A DNA stretch of 60,738 nt, filler included. It is 4 parts of 4 records of this genome, joined end to end, with 100 filler letters (N's around TTAATTAATTAA, not from the genome) between each part and the next. Parts side by side here need not be neighbours in the genome. Positions count along the whole stretch, not along the records: positions 1 to 21,385 come from DRR723986_8216; positions 21,486 to 39,548 come from DRR723986_8230; 2 more parts are not named here. One strand, 5' to 3'. Below the pieces are notes generated by a model, which saw only the letters and a list, made by a program, of their open reading frames with translations, made no database searches and was not told where the DNA came from. Shown here piece after piece: positions 18,142-26,558 of the stretch (positions are counted from its first letter, which is position 1; every line of letters begins with the position of its first letter). The position numbers and the translations under genes are program-made.

Positions 18142-19179
18142 GTGGCGGAGCTAATCAACGACCAGCGCCAGGCATACCGACGGGGACTCATCCTGGGCTT
18201 CACGGTTGCCGAAGCGTTGCTGCTCATCCTGTTCGGATTGCTGCTGGCGCTCGGCTCCATCCTAGTCAAGGTCAAGGATCGCGAGGAGGCGCAACAGAGG
18301 GAACTGGACGAAGCCAATCTGAAGCTCGCGGCCTATGCCTATCTCGAACCGGAGATCGCCCTGCTGCGTGGCCGCACAACGAATGATTTCTTCCGCGAAC
18401 TCGGGATCCTCAAGGTCGAGAACGACTCGCTGCGGCTGGAAGTGAAGCAGCTTCAGACGCAGCTTGTCGAAACCGAAATAGTTTCAGACATCGCCAAGGC
18501 CGCAAAAGCGGAGAAGACCACACCGGAGGCACTGCGCAAGGCGGCGGCGCGAGGCCAACTGGTGGACGGCGTCTTCGGCGAAGAGTTTGAAATTGAGAAG
18601 GTCGAGCGGGTCCTCGAAATCGCGAAGCAGATCGACGAGGCGATCCCTGCGGAGGAAGGCGAAAAGCTGGAGGCGCTCTCCAATCTGGAAGGCCTCTCGG
18701 CAGACCTTGCCAAGAAGGAAAAGGAGAACCGGGACCTCAAGGCCCAGGTGACGAACGCGACCCGCCGCCTGGAGCAACAGGGGCTCGGCAAGCTGGCCTG
18801 CTGGGCGATGGATGCCGGCACGCCGGACTATCTGTTCGATGTGGCATTGCTCAGCAATGGCATCCGCGTGCGCAATTCGGTGCGGGCAGAGCGGCTTGAG
18901 GACTACAAATCCCTGCCGATTGCGTCCTCCCTGTACGGACGCACGTTGTCGCCGGCTGAATTCCGCGATGCGACCCATGATCTTTATGAGTATTCCGAGG
19001 CGCGGGACTGCCGCTTTTTCGTGAGGGTCTACGACTTCACCGCGGCAAACCAGAAGGTGATCTACAAACGGAATCTCAGCACCGTGGAGGGACATTTCTA
19101 CAAGTATGAAATGACAAACCCCCTCTCTTGGGGACCAGAGGCGCAGAATTGGGTCCAGACGGCGGCGATGAAACCATGA
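18142..19179 (+). CDS. MotB/ExbD(ZorB)-like single-TM protein with long coiled coil (operon gene 4)
   Basis: One N-terminal TM with an intramembrane acidic residue (GFTVAEALLLILF); coiled coil; C-terminal domain with two Cys; GTG start just after the upstream stop; no OmpA motif seen. Confidence 0.55.
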   Translation: MAELINDQRQAYRRGLILGFTVAEALLLILFGLLLALGSILVKVKDREEAQQRELDEANLKLAAYAYLEPEIALLRGRTTNDFFRELGILKVENDSLRLEVKQLQTQLVETEIVSDIAKAAKAEKTTPEALRKAAARGQLVDGVFGEEFEIEKVERVLEIAKQIDEAIPAEEGEKLEALSNLEGLSADLAKKEKENRDLKAQVTNATRRLEQQGLGKLACWAMDAGTPDYLFDVALLSNGIRVRNSVRAERLEDYKSLPIASSLYGRTLSPAEFRDATHDLYEYSEARDCRFFVRVYDFTAANQKVIYKRNLSTVEGHFYKYEMTNPLSWGPEAQNWVQTAAMKP

Positions 19180-19432
19180 CACCCCCATGCGGAAGAGGTG
19201 ATCTGTCATGAGCTCCAGTACTAAATCCTTGAGGCGTGCGATCAGGCAGATACGCCACGCCGGTCGGTCGCGTGCCGATCGCATTTTCAGGACACCTAGG
19301 CAGTCCATGATTCAGCGTTTGCTTAGTTGGTCGCGGCGCTTGTTGCGGCGTCGCTGACCAGGTCATTGTCAGAGTAGGAATTGTCAGACTAACGGGCCTT
19401 TAGGAGGTGATTTCGGAGGCGTAGCACTGCGA

Positions 19433-19854
19433 AATCACCCAATCAGCTTTCCGCTACGTCAAAACCTCGCCCGAGAGCATCCGGCTTGCGGTCATGATCT
19501 ATGTTCGATTTCCGCGGTTATTGGGGAAAGTTGAAGACCTGCTCCAGGAACGCGGGATCGACGTCTGCCACGAAACAGTCCGCCACTGGGTTGACCGTTT
19601 CGGCACTTACTTCGCGCACATGATCCGCAAACGCCGATCTGAAAGAATGAGACAATCGCCGCATTGGCAGTGGCACCTGGACGAGGTGTTCATAAGCCGA
19701 AGGCAGGCGACGCCAACGTCCGTGGGCTGACTCACTATTTATGGCGTGTGGTCTATCATGAAGGCGAATTCTTGGAGTCGTTTGTGACAGAGATACGCGA
19801 CAAGGCTTCAGCAATGGAATTTTTACGAACAGCCATAAAGAGGAACGACCGGCG
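19433..19854 (+). pseudogene. IS6-family transposase remnant (frameshifted, truncated)
   Basis: YVRFP...VEDLL.ERGID.CHETVR.WV.RFG...WHLDEVF, continued in another frame by HYLWR.V.HEGE.LES.VT..RD...A. Confidence 0.85.
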
Positions 19855-21165
19855 TCACTTCGCAGCGAAGGCCGGTCGCAGTGGCGTGACATTGGAGCCT
19901 GCGCCAGCGTCTCCTTCGCGCACCAGCTGCGCAAGGTATTCGAGCGCGTGGCGACGCTGTTTCAGGAAGCTGAAGCTCGTGTACGTCGAGAAGGTGATGC
20001 CCGTTGGCTGGTGACCCAGAAGCGCGGGCGCAATGGCTGGCTCTACGTCGCGTGCCAGCAGGATGTTTAGCCCGGTGGCGCGCAGCCGGTGCAGTGTCGC
20101 TTCGTTGTCGATGCCTGCGCGTTTTTTCGCACGGCTGTAGGCCTTGCTGATGGCACTGGGTGTCAGCGCCTCACCGCCTATGGACGGAGACGGGAAGACA
20201 TAAGTTTGCGCGCCATCGTGGCGAGCGCGGTGCCCGCTGTCCAGCTCGCGCTGGATGATTGCGTAAGCGTCGCCGCTGAGTGGCACGCGGTCCTCGCGGC
20301 GTTTCTTCACCCGCTCGGGCGGGATGACCCAAACCGGTTCGCCGTCGACCATTTCGATTTCACTCATGCGGATGCCAGCAATTTCACCTGCGCGCTTGAG
20401 CGTCAGGGCTGCGAGGCGAACAGCGTTCAGCGTGGTCGGGTGGCTGCGACGGCTGTTGCTAGTGTCGCTGGCCAGCCATTCTGCCTCCATTTCGTCGAGC
20501 GCGGCGAACAGGGCTCGCAGCTCGTCGAGACTGAGGGCTGTCGCCTTGGGCTTCTCGGTGGTCTTCTCTGCATTCTTGAGAGCGTTTGGGTTCACGCTCT
20601 TGAAGAGCGGGCCAAGCGTGCTGACCAAACGATTGTGCGACGTCGGCGCTCGCTCGGCGAGTGGGACCAGGATGGCGTCGACCTGCGCTGGCGTGACGCT
20701 TTCGATGGCCAGCCCCGCGATTGGGCCGCAGTGCTTTTTGAACTGCCATTTCAGATCGGTGAGATATTTCTCTGACCGCTTTTTGCGCTTCAGCTTTTTG
20801 ATGTGACGGTCGAAGTGGGCTTGGACCGTATCGACACGCTCGTCAGGAGGGGTGAGCGCTGCCTTGCGCTCTGCGGCAGGGTCGATGCCTTTCGCGACCT
20901 GGGCTTTCAGTTCGTGGACGCGCTCGCGGGCGGCCTTGAGGGTGATCTGGCTAGCTTCCTTTCCGTATTCGCCGAGCGCGATGCTGCGCTGTTTTCCGTG
21001 CAGGCTGTAGCGGAACAAAAACGAGCGGCTCCCGCTGGCGTGAACACGCAGGACGAGGCCTCGCAGCGACTTGTCGGAGTAGTCCTTGGCTTTCGCCCCC
21101 TCCGCCGGTCCGGGCAGCGTCCGGATTTGCGAGTCCGTCAGTCCAGTTTTCATCTTTTGTCCCAT
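19855..21165 (-). CDS. int: Tyrosine integrase with P4-type arm-binding domain
   Basis: N-terminal GL.LRV..SG.RSF.FRY...GK.R...LG.Y...L..AR...GIDP; catalytic R (KRAGEI), HRLR, LGH and Y. Confidence 0.92.
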   Translation of the reverse strand: MGQKMKTGLTDSQIRTLPGPAEGAKAKDYSDKSLRGLVLRVHASGSRSFLFRYSLHGKQRSIALGEYGKEASQITLKAARERVHELKAQVAKGIDPAAERKAALTPPDERVDTVQAHFDRHIKKLKRKKRSEKYLTDLKWQFKKHCGPIAGLAIESVTPAQVDAILVPLAERAPTSHNRLVSTLGPLFKSVNPNALKNAEKTTEKPKATALSLDELRALFAALDEMEAEWLASDTSNSRRSHPTTLNAVRLAALTLKRAGEIAGIRMSEIEMVDGEPVWVIPPERVKKRREDRVPLSGDAYAIIQRELDSGHRARHDGAQTYVFPSPSIGGEALTPSAISKAYSRAKKRAGIDNEATLHRLRATGLNILLARDVEPAIAPALLGHQPTGITFSTYTSFSFLKQRRHALEYLAQLVREGDAGAGSNVTPLRPAFAAK

Positions 21166-21182
21166 CCAAATTTTAACGCGAT

Positions 21183-21203
21183 GCGTGCAGTTTGCGTGCA
21201 GTT
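21183..21203 (+). repeat. Second copy of the GCGTGCAGTTTGCGTGCAGTT arm-type repeat
   Basis: Identical to 102-122. Confidence 0.75.
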
Positions 21204-21351
21204 TTTGCGTTGGTACCGCTTGATTCTTTTTGCGCCGATTGCGCCGGAAGCGCAACAGGAAAACTCGTCAAAACGCTGTATTTATTGAGAAAAAGAAGTT
21301 TTCCCGAAAATCCGATCGGCAGGATTGGCGCACGGGGAAATACAGGTGCAA

Positions 21352-21385
21352 CTGTTTTGTAATCAGAGGGTCGCGGGTTCGAGTC
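21352..21385 (+). repeat. att repeat: tRNA-Thr(TGT) from the anticodon loop to the T-arm, no 5' half
   Basis: CTGT-TTTGTAA-TCAGAGGGTCGCGGGTTCGAGTC; upstream sequence has no D-arm or acceptor 5' strand. Confidence 0.8.
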
Positions 21386-21485
21386 NNNNNNNNNNNNNNN
21401 NNNNNNNNNNNNNNNNNNNNNNNNNNNNNTTAATTAATTAANNNNNNNNNNNNNNNNNNNNNNNNNNNNNNNNNNNNNNNNNNNN
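21386..21485. other. Artificial contig linker
   Basis: N-run, TTAATTAATTAA, N-run; 100 nt. Confidence 0.99.
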
Positions 21486-21723
21486 TTGACGCGCAGCGGC
21501 AAGACCGGGATCCAGCAACCCCTGTGCTCGCTGGAACCGCAAACCTCTGGGGTTCCTGAAATCTGTCGCGGCTTTGTCAAAGGAGGCGGCCTCACGCAGT
21601 TGCCGGTTCAAATAAGAAAAGCCCGCTTCTTGTCCCCACCAAATCGGTCATTCCTGCCTCGCCAGCGCAGGTATGTTGCTATATTGTTCTCAAAACAAGC
21701 GCTTGAAACCGGACCAGTAAACC

Positions 21724-24162
21724 ATGACCGACCCGGACGGGTACGACGATTCCTTTGACGATCCATTCCAGCCTATCGGCACGCGGGCGGAGTCCGCGCC
21801 TGCACCCGTGCGGCCGCAAGGAGGGATCGCGGCCAGGGCGATGGCGGCACGGCGGGCACCGGACTATCTGACGGGGCTGAACCCGGAGCAGCGGCTGGCG
21901 GTGGAAACAACCGAAGGACCGGTTCTGGTGCTGGCTGGTGCCGGTACGGGCAAGACCCGCGTGCTGACAACACGCATTGCCCATATCCTGGCAACCGGCT
22001 TGGCGCGGCCGTCCGAAATTCTGGCTGTCACGTTCACCAACAAGGCTTCGCGCGAGATGAAGGAACGCATTGCCGGTTTTGTCGGCGGCAATGTGGAAGG
22101 CATGGCGTGGCTCGGCACGTTCCACTCCATTTGTGTGAAGATCCTGCGCAAGCATGCCGAACTTGTCGGCTTGAAATCGTCCTTCTCGATCCTCGACACC
22201 GATGATCAGATCCGCCTTATCAAGCAGATCATCCAGGCCGAAGGGCTGGACGACAAGCGCTGGACGGCCAAGGCCTTTGCCGGGATGCTGGATGGTTGGA
22301 AAAACCGGGCTCTTGGGCCAAAGGATATCCCGGAAGGCGAGGCGCGGGCGTTTGCCAACGGCAAGGGCCGAAAGCTCTACGAGGAATATCAGGAGCGCCT
22401 GTCGATCCTGAACGCGGCCGATTTCGGTGACCTGCTTTTGCATGTCATCACGCTGTTCAAGACCCAGCCGGATGTCCTCAAGGAATATCAGCGCCGCTTC
22501 CGCTACATGCTGGTGGACGAATATCAGGACACCAACATCGCGCAATACCTGTGGCTGCGCCTGCTGGCCCAGGGCAACCCGAATGTCTGCTGTGTCGGTG
22601 ATGATGACCAGTCGATCTACGGCTGGCGCGGCGCAGAAGTCGATAACATCCTGCGCTTCGAACATGACTTCAAGGGCGCCACCGTCATTCGCCTGGAGCG
22701 CAATTACCGCTCAACCAGCCATATCCTGGCTGCCGCTTCCCACCTGATTGCCTTCAACGAAGGCCGGCTCGGCAAGACGCTGTTCACCGATTTCGAAGAA
22801 CCCGACCACGACCTGGTGTCGGTGGCCTCCGTCTGGGACAGCGAAGAAGAAGCGCGCACCATCGGCGACGAGATCGAGACGCTTCAGTCGCGAGGTCATT
22901 CGCTCAATGAAATGGCGGTTCTGGTGCGGGCATCCTTCCAGATGCGCGAGTTCGAAGACCGGTTTGTCACGCTGGGGCTTAATTACAGGGTCATCGGCGG
23001 TCCGCGCTTTTATGAGCGCATGGAAATCCGCGATGCCATGGCCTATTTCCGCTGTGTCGCGCAGCCTGCGGACGATCTGGCGTTTGAGCGCATCGTCAAC
23101 ACGCCGAAGCGTGGTCTTGGCGATGCGACGCTGAAACTGGTTCATGGCGTTGCCCGGGCAGAGCGTATTCCACTGATGCAGGCGGCAAGCCAGCTTATCG
23201 ATACCGAAGAACTGAAGCCGAAGCCGCGTAACGCGCTGAAGTCCGTGCTCGACAACTTCGAGCGCTGGCGGCGTCAGCTTGACCAGATGAAACACACCGA
23301 ACTGGCGGAAATCATCCTCGATGAGAGCGGCTACACCGAGATGTGGCGGCAGGACCGCTCGGCGGAAGCGCCCGGACGGCTCGACAACCTGAAGGAACTG
23401 ATCCGGTCTATGGACGAATTTGAATCCATGGCCGGTTTCCTGGAGCATATTTCCCTCGTCATGGACCGGGACAGCGCGGATGCGACCGACGCCGTATCCA
23501 TCATGACGCTACACTCGGCCAAGGGGCTGGAATTCGACACGGTTTTCCTGCCCGGCTGGGAAGAGGGGCTGTTTCCCCACCAGCGCGCGCTGGATGAATC
23601 CGGTCGCGCCGGTCTGGAGGAAGAGCGCCGGCTGGCCTATGTCGGCATCACCCGGGCGAAGAAACGCGCAAAGCTCTATTTCGCGTCCAACCGGCGCATT
23701 CACGGCCTCTGGCAGTCCACTGTTCCCTCACGGTTTCTGGATGAACTGCCGCCGGACCATGTCGAGATTGCCGAAGCTTCGTCCAGCTATGGCGGCTATG
23801 GCGGTGGCGGTTACGGACCGTCCCGGTTCGACAGTCATGATCCCTTCGACAAGGGCAGTTACTCCACGCCGGGCTGGCAACGTGCGCAGCGTGCCAAGCA
23901 GTCCTCCAGCGGATTTTCCGATGGCGGTGGCCGTGGGTATCAGTCCGCGCGGCAAAAGCGTCAGGGGCCGTTGACCATCGAAGGAGAGCTGGTGGCGAAA
24001 TCCGTCAGTGACGTGCCATCGCAATTCTCTCTGGGCGAGCGCGTGTTCCACATCAAGTTCGGCTATGGCGCCATCAAGTCGATCGAGGGAAACAAGCTGA
24101 CCATCGACTTTGAAAAGGCAGGGGTGAAGAAGGTCATCGACAGTTTCGTCGAACGGCACTGA
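21724..24162 (+). CDS. uvrD: ATP-dependent DNA helicase UvrD/PcrA
   Basis: AGAGTGKT, TFTNKA, VDEYQDTN, VGDDDQSIYGWRGA, LERNYRS, TLHSAKGLEF, EEERRLAYVGITRA. Confidence 0.96.
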   Translation: MTDPDGYDDSFDDPFQPIGTRAESAPAPVRPQGGIAARAMAARRAPDYLTGLNPEQRLAVETTEGPVLVLAGAGTGKTRVLTTRIAHILATGLARPSEILAVTFTNKASREMKERIAGFVGGNVEGMAWLGTFHSICVKILRKHAELVGLKSSFSILDTDDQIRLIKQIIQAEGLDDKRWTAKAFAGMLDGWKNRALGPKDIPEGEARAFANGKGRKLYEEYQERLSILNAADFGDLLLHVITLFKTQPDVLKEYQRRFRYMLVDEYQDTNIAQYLWLRLLAQGNPNVCCVGDDDQSIYGWRGAEVDNILRFEHDFKGATVIRLERNYRSTSHILAAASHLIAFNEGRLGKTLFTDFEEPDHDLVSVASVWDSEEEARTIGDEIETLQSRGHSLNEMAVLVRASFQMREFEDRFVTLGLNYRVIGGPRFYERMEIRDAMAYFRCVAQPADDLAFERIVNTPKRGLGDATLKLVHGVARAERIPLMQAASQLIDTEELKPKPRNALKSVLDNFERWRRQLDQMKHTELAEIILDESGYTEMWRQDRSAEAPGRLDNLKELIRSMDEFESMAGFLEHISLVMDRDSADATDAVSIMTLHSAKGLEFDTVFLPGWEEGLFPHQRALDESGRAGLEEERRLAYVGITRAKKRAKLYFASNRRIHGLWQSTVPSRFLDELPPDHVEIAEASSSYGGYGGGGYGPSRFDSHDPFDKGSYSTPGWQRAQRAKQSSSGFSDGGGRGYQSARQKRQGPLTIEGELVAKSVSDVPSQFSLGERVFHIKFGYGAIKSIEGNKLTIDFEKAGVKKVIDSFVERH

Positions 24163-24297
24163 CCGGCTGGTTGCAAAAACCAGTCCGGTGAACTGCTTCT
24201 GACGTCTACGCTCCAATGGAACCGGGAATGTGGTCTCGCACCTGATGTATCTTTGGGTTGGCCCCAGAGCCTGAGACACTTTGCCCCTGGGGCCGTT

Positions 24298-24864
24298 CTA
24301 GAGATCGACACCTTGGGGTTTGATCAGCATGTCGCGTTCCTTCAGGTAGGGATGTATACCGACGGCCTCACGCAGCACTTCCTGCCCCAATTGCACCCTG
24401 CCGAGCGTCATGAAGATGATTGCCTTGCCGGACAAGGCGCCAAAGTGCCTCGGTTCCAGAGCAAGGGCGCGTTCGATATCTTTAAGGCTGCCTTCGTAAT
24501 TACCCTGCAGGAAGAGGATGAAGGCACGCTGGTTCCAGCCTTCAGAGTAATCCGGTGCTTCTTCCACGACCGTGTCGAGCAGATCCTTCGCACCCTGAAA
24601 GTCATAGGATCCTCGTTTACGCATGGCCTCGTCCACCTTCTGCCGGATCCCCGGCGTGGGGGCGGCATCCAGCCAGGTGTGCCAGATACTATCCTCGATC
24701 TTGCTGGCCACCTCTTCATTCGGAGCGTTCTTCAAGGCTTCAAACAGTTGATCCTGCTCGGACGTTGCCCAAGCGGGGAGGATGAGAAGCTGGAGGCAAA
24801 GAAGGGCAGCAACCAGACATCCGGTCACTTGCAGCCAGTTTAGGTGCGAACGGGGGCAAGTCAT
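24298..24864 (-). CDS. Secreted TPR-repeat protein
   Basis: Signal peptide; P.YSEGWNQRA...AL.LEPRHFGAL.G TPR pattern. Confidence 0.85.
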   Translation of the reverse strand: MTCPRSHLNWLQVTGCLVAALLCLQLLILPAWATSEQDQLFEALKNAPNEEVASKIEDSIWHTWLDAAPTPGIRQKVDEAMRKRGSYDFQGAKDLLDTVVEEAPDYSEGWNQRAFILFLQGNYEGSLKDIERALALEPRHFGALSGKAIIFMTLGRVQLGQEVLREAVGIHPYLKERDMLIKPQGVDL

Positions 24865-25003
24865 GGGTGTTTCCTCGCATTTCCCAATGAAATGGGGCAC
24901 AGACCCGGTTTGCCCAGTCCCGGGACCGTTTCAAGCTGGCATCGCTGGCCGCTTCCCGCTATACCGCACGCCTTGACCCCAATAACCACAGGCGCGAGCG
25001 GCG

Positions 25004-25894
25004 ATGAAAACCATCCGGGTGCGGATCACGGCTGAAGAACTGGAAGCCAAGCGGATCTCCGAGATCCTTGAACGGGCGTTTGAGGACGACGGCAATCCGG
25101 TGACCATCTACGAAGCAACGCCGGACGGACGCCTGTGGGCGGCTGAAATTCTTCTGTTCGACATGGAGCCGGAAGAGGCGGCTGCGACGGTGCGCGACCG
25201 TGTCGGCGCCGATGCATTTGCCGCGCCGCTGGAAGCAGAAGAACTGCCGGATATCAATTGGGTCGAGAAGAGCCTGGAAGGGCTGAAGCCGGTAAAGGCC
25301 GGTCGTTTCGTTGTTCACGGCAGCCACGATAGGGACAAGGTTCCAGGTGGGGCTATCGGCATCGAGATCGAAGCAGCGCTTGCCTTCGGAACCGGCCACC
25401 ATGGCACGACCGCGGGTTGCCTGGAGGAAATCGACAGGCTTTTGTCCATGCGCGCGTATGACAGCATTCTCGATCTTGGAACGGGAACAGGCGTGCTGGC
25501 AATCGCCGCTGCACTTCAATCCCGCCAGTTGGTTCTTGCAACCGATATCGACCCTGTTGCGACGAAAACGGCGCTGGAAAACGCCCGGCTAAACGGTGCG
25601 GGGCATCTTGTTCGTGGCTTTACCGCCAACGGAATTGAAGACCGACGCTTTCGTCTCTTTGGTCCGTTCGATCTGGTGATCGCCAACATCCTGGCGCGGC
25701 CGCTGATGAAGATGGCGAAGTCGATCGGTGAACGCATGACGCCGACCGCAACCCTCGTGCTGTCCGGCCTCAGGGTGGAAGACGGCCCCCGGATCCTGTT
25801 CGCCTACGGCTGTCAGGGGTTCATTTTGGACAGGCGCGGTGAAAAGGACGGCTGGTTGACGCTTACTCTTGTGCGGGGACGTAAACAGGCCTGA
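25004..25894 (+). CDS. prmA: Ribosomal protein L11 methyltransferase
   Basis: AFGTGHHGTT, LDLGTGTGVL, DIDP, VIANILA, LSGL. Confidence 0.93.
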   Translation: MKTIRVRITAEELEAKRISEILERAFEDDGNPVTIYEATPDGRLWAAEILLFDMEPEEAAATVRDRVGADAFAAPLEAEELPDINWVEKSLEGLKPVKAGRFVVHGSHDRDKVPGGAIGIEIEAALAFGTGHHGTTAGCLEEIDRLLSMRAYDSILDLGTGTGVLAIAAALQSRQLVLATDIDPVATKTALENARLNGAGHLVRGFTANGIEDRRFRLFGPFDLVIANILARPLMKMAKSIGERMTPTATLVLSGLRVEDGPRILFAYGCQGFILDRRGEKDGWLTLTLVRGRKQA

Positions 25895-25931
25895 CTGCGT
25901 CCGCCACCTGCCAGGAAGCAGCAACGATCAT

Positions 25932-25979
25932 GTCCTCGCCCGCAAGACGCTTGTCGACGCCAAGCTCCGCAGGATGAGG
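25932..25979 (-). repeat. Degenerate intergenic palindromic (REP-like) repeat
   Basis: Minus strand CCTCATCCTGCGGAG matches CCTCATCCTGAGGA at 39521. Confidence 0.4.
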
Positions 25980-26034
25980 GAAGGGGAGAGCCGTTTCTAT
26001 TATTCTGGTGCCCGGAAATCTTGACTGCAGATAC

Positions 26035-26068
26035 AAAAAGACCCGCCGAAATTTTCGGCGGGTCTTTT
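26035..26068. terminator. Bidirectional intrinsic terminator
   Basis: AAAAAGACCCGCCGAA-ATT-TTCGGCGGGTCTTTT between convergent genes. Confidence 0.85.
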
Positions 26069-26108
26069 CTTGTGCACAGTGGTCTTTACTTAAACCGTCC
26101 TGAGCCCC

Positions 26109-26312
26109 TTAGAACGCGCTGGTAGAGGTGCCTTCGCGCTCGAGCTGGGCGCGGTCATAGCCGTGGGAGGCCAAGGTCGCGTCGTCCAGTGACAGCAGGT
26201 AGCCGTTGACATAGCGGCGTGCCTGGATGGAGCGGGCTTCAATCATGCGGTCGAATGCGCGGCGCATGAAGCTGCCGCCAGCGCGGGTCGAAGTGGTCGT
26301 TTTCATGGTCAT
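26109..26312 (-). CDS. Small DUF1127-like protein
   Basis: Arg-rich helix followed by LLSLDDATLASHGYDR, resembling the DUF1127 L..L.D..L.D.G..R pattern. Confidence 0.6.
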   Translation of the reverse strand: MTMKTTTSTRAGGSFMRRAFDRMIEARSIQARRYVNGYLLSLDDATLASHGYDRAQLEREGTSTSAF

Positions 26313-26558
26313 CGTGATCAATCCCATTTGAAGGTTAAGAGCTTCCCTAGGGAGAACGTCTTTTTCTTGTGTGACCTCTATATGCGCTTTTGCCGGGACC
26401 TCAGGTAGGCCTCGAAACGCATGCCAGCCTTGCGCTCTTCGCATATGCGAAAGATTTTGCTGCAGTGCGAAATATAGGGAAGATTATGCTGCTGAACCAA
26501 TTCAAGTGGAATAATTATCCAGCTTGATCGGATGGGGTCGCGAAATTATCTTGCGGCC

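Larger units (their letters stand above)
1..21385. mobile_element. Integrative phage-satellite-like (PICI-like) element inserted at tRNA-Thr(TGT)
   Basis: Both contig ends carry tRNA-Thr sequence (CGCGGGTTCGAGTC at 1-14 and 21372-21385). Contains integrase, AlpA/HTH genes, primase-helicase, iteron origin and TerS, but no recognisable capsid, tail, large terminase or lysis genes. Confidence 0.85.

Noticed and set aside
17088-19179. Calling the operon canonical Zorya (zorA/zorB)
   Set aside because: No OmpA-like domain in the B-like protein and no recognisable ZorC/D/E/F/G; only the motor-like similarity is supportable.
1-21385. Complete prophage or ICE
   Set aside because: No recognisable capsid, portal, large terminase, tail, lysis, relaxase or T4SS genes between the att repeats.
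21352-21385. Intact tRNA gene at the right end of contig 1
   Set aside because: No D-arm or 5' acceptor strand upstream and a mismatch in the anticodon stem; it is the duplicated att fragment.
21430-21441. TTAATTAATTAA palindrome repeated three times in the window
   Set aside because: Always centred in N-runs; an artificial six-frame-stop contig spacer.
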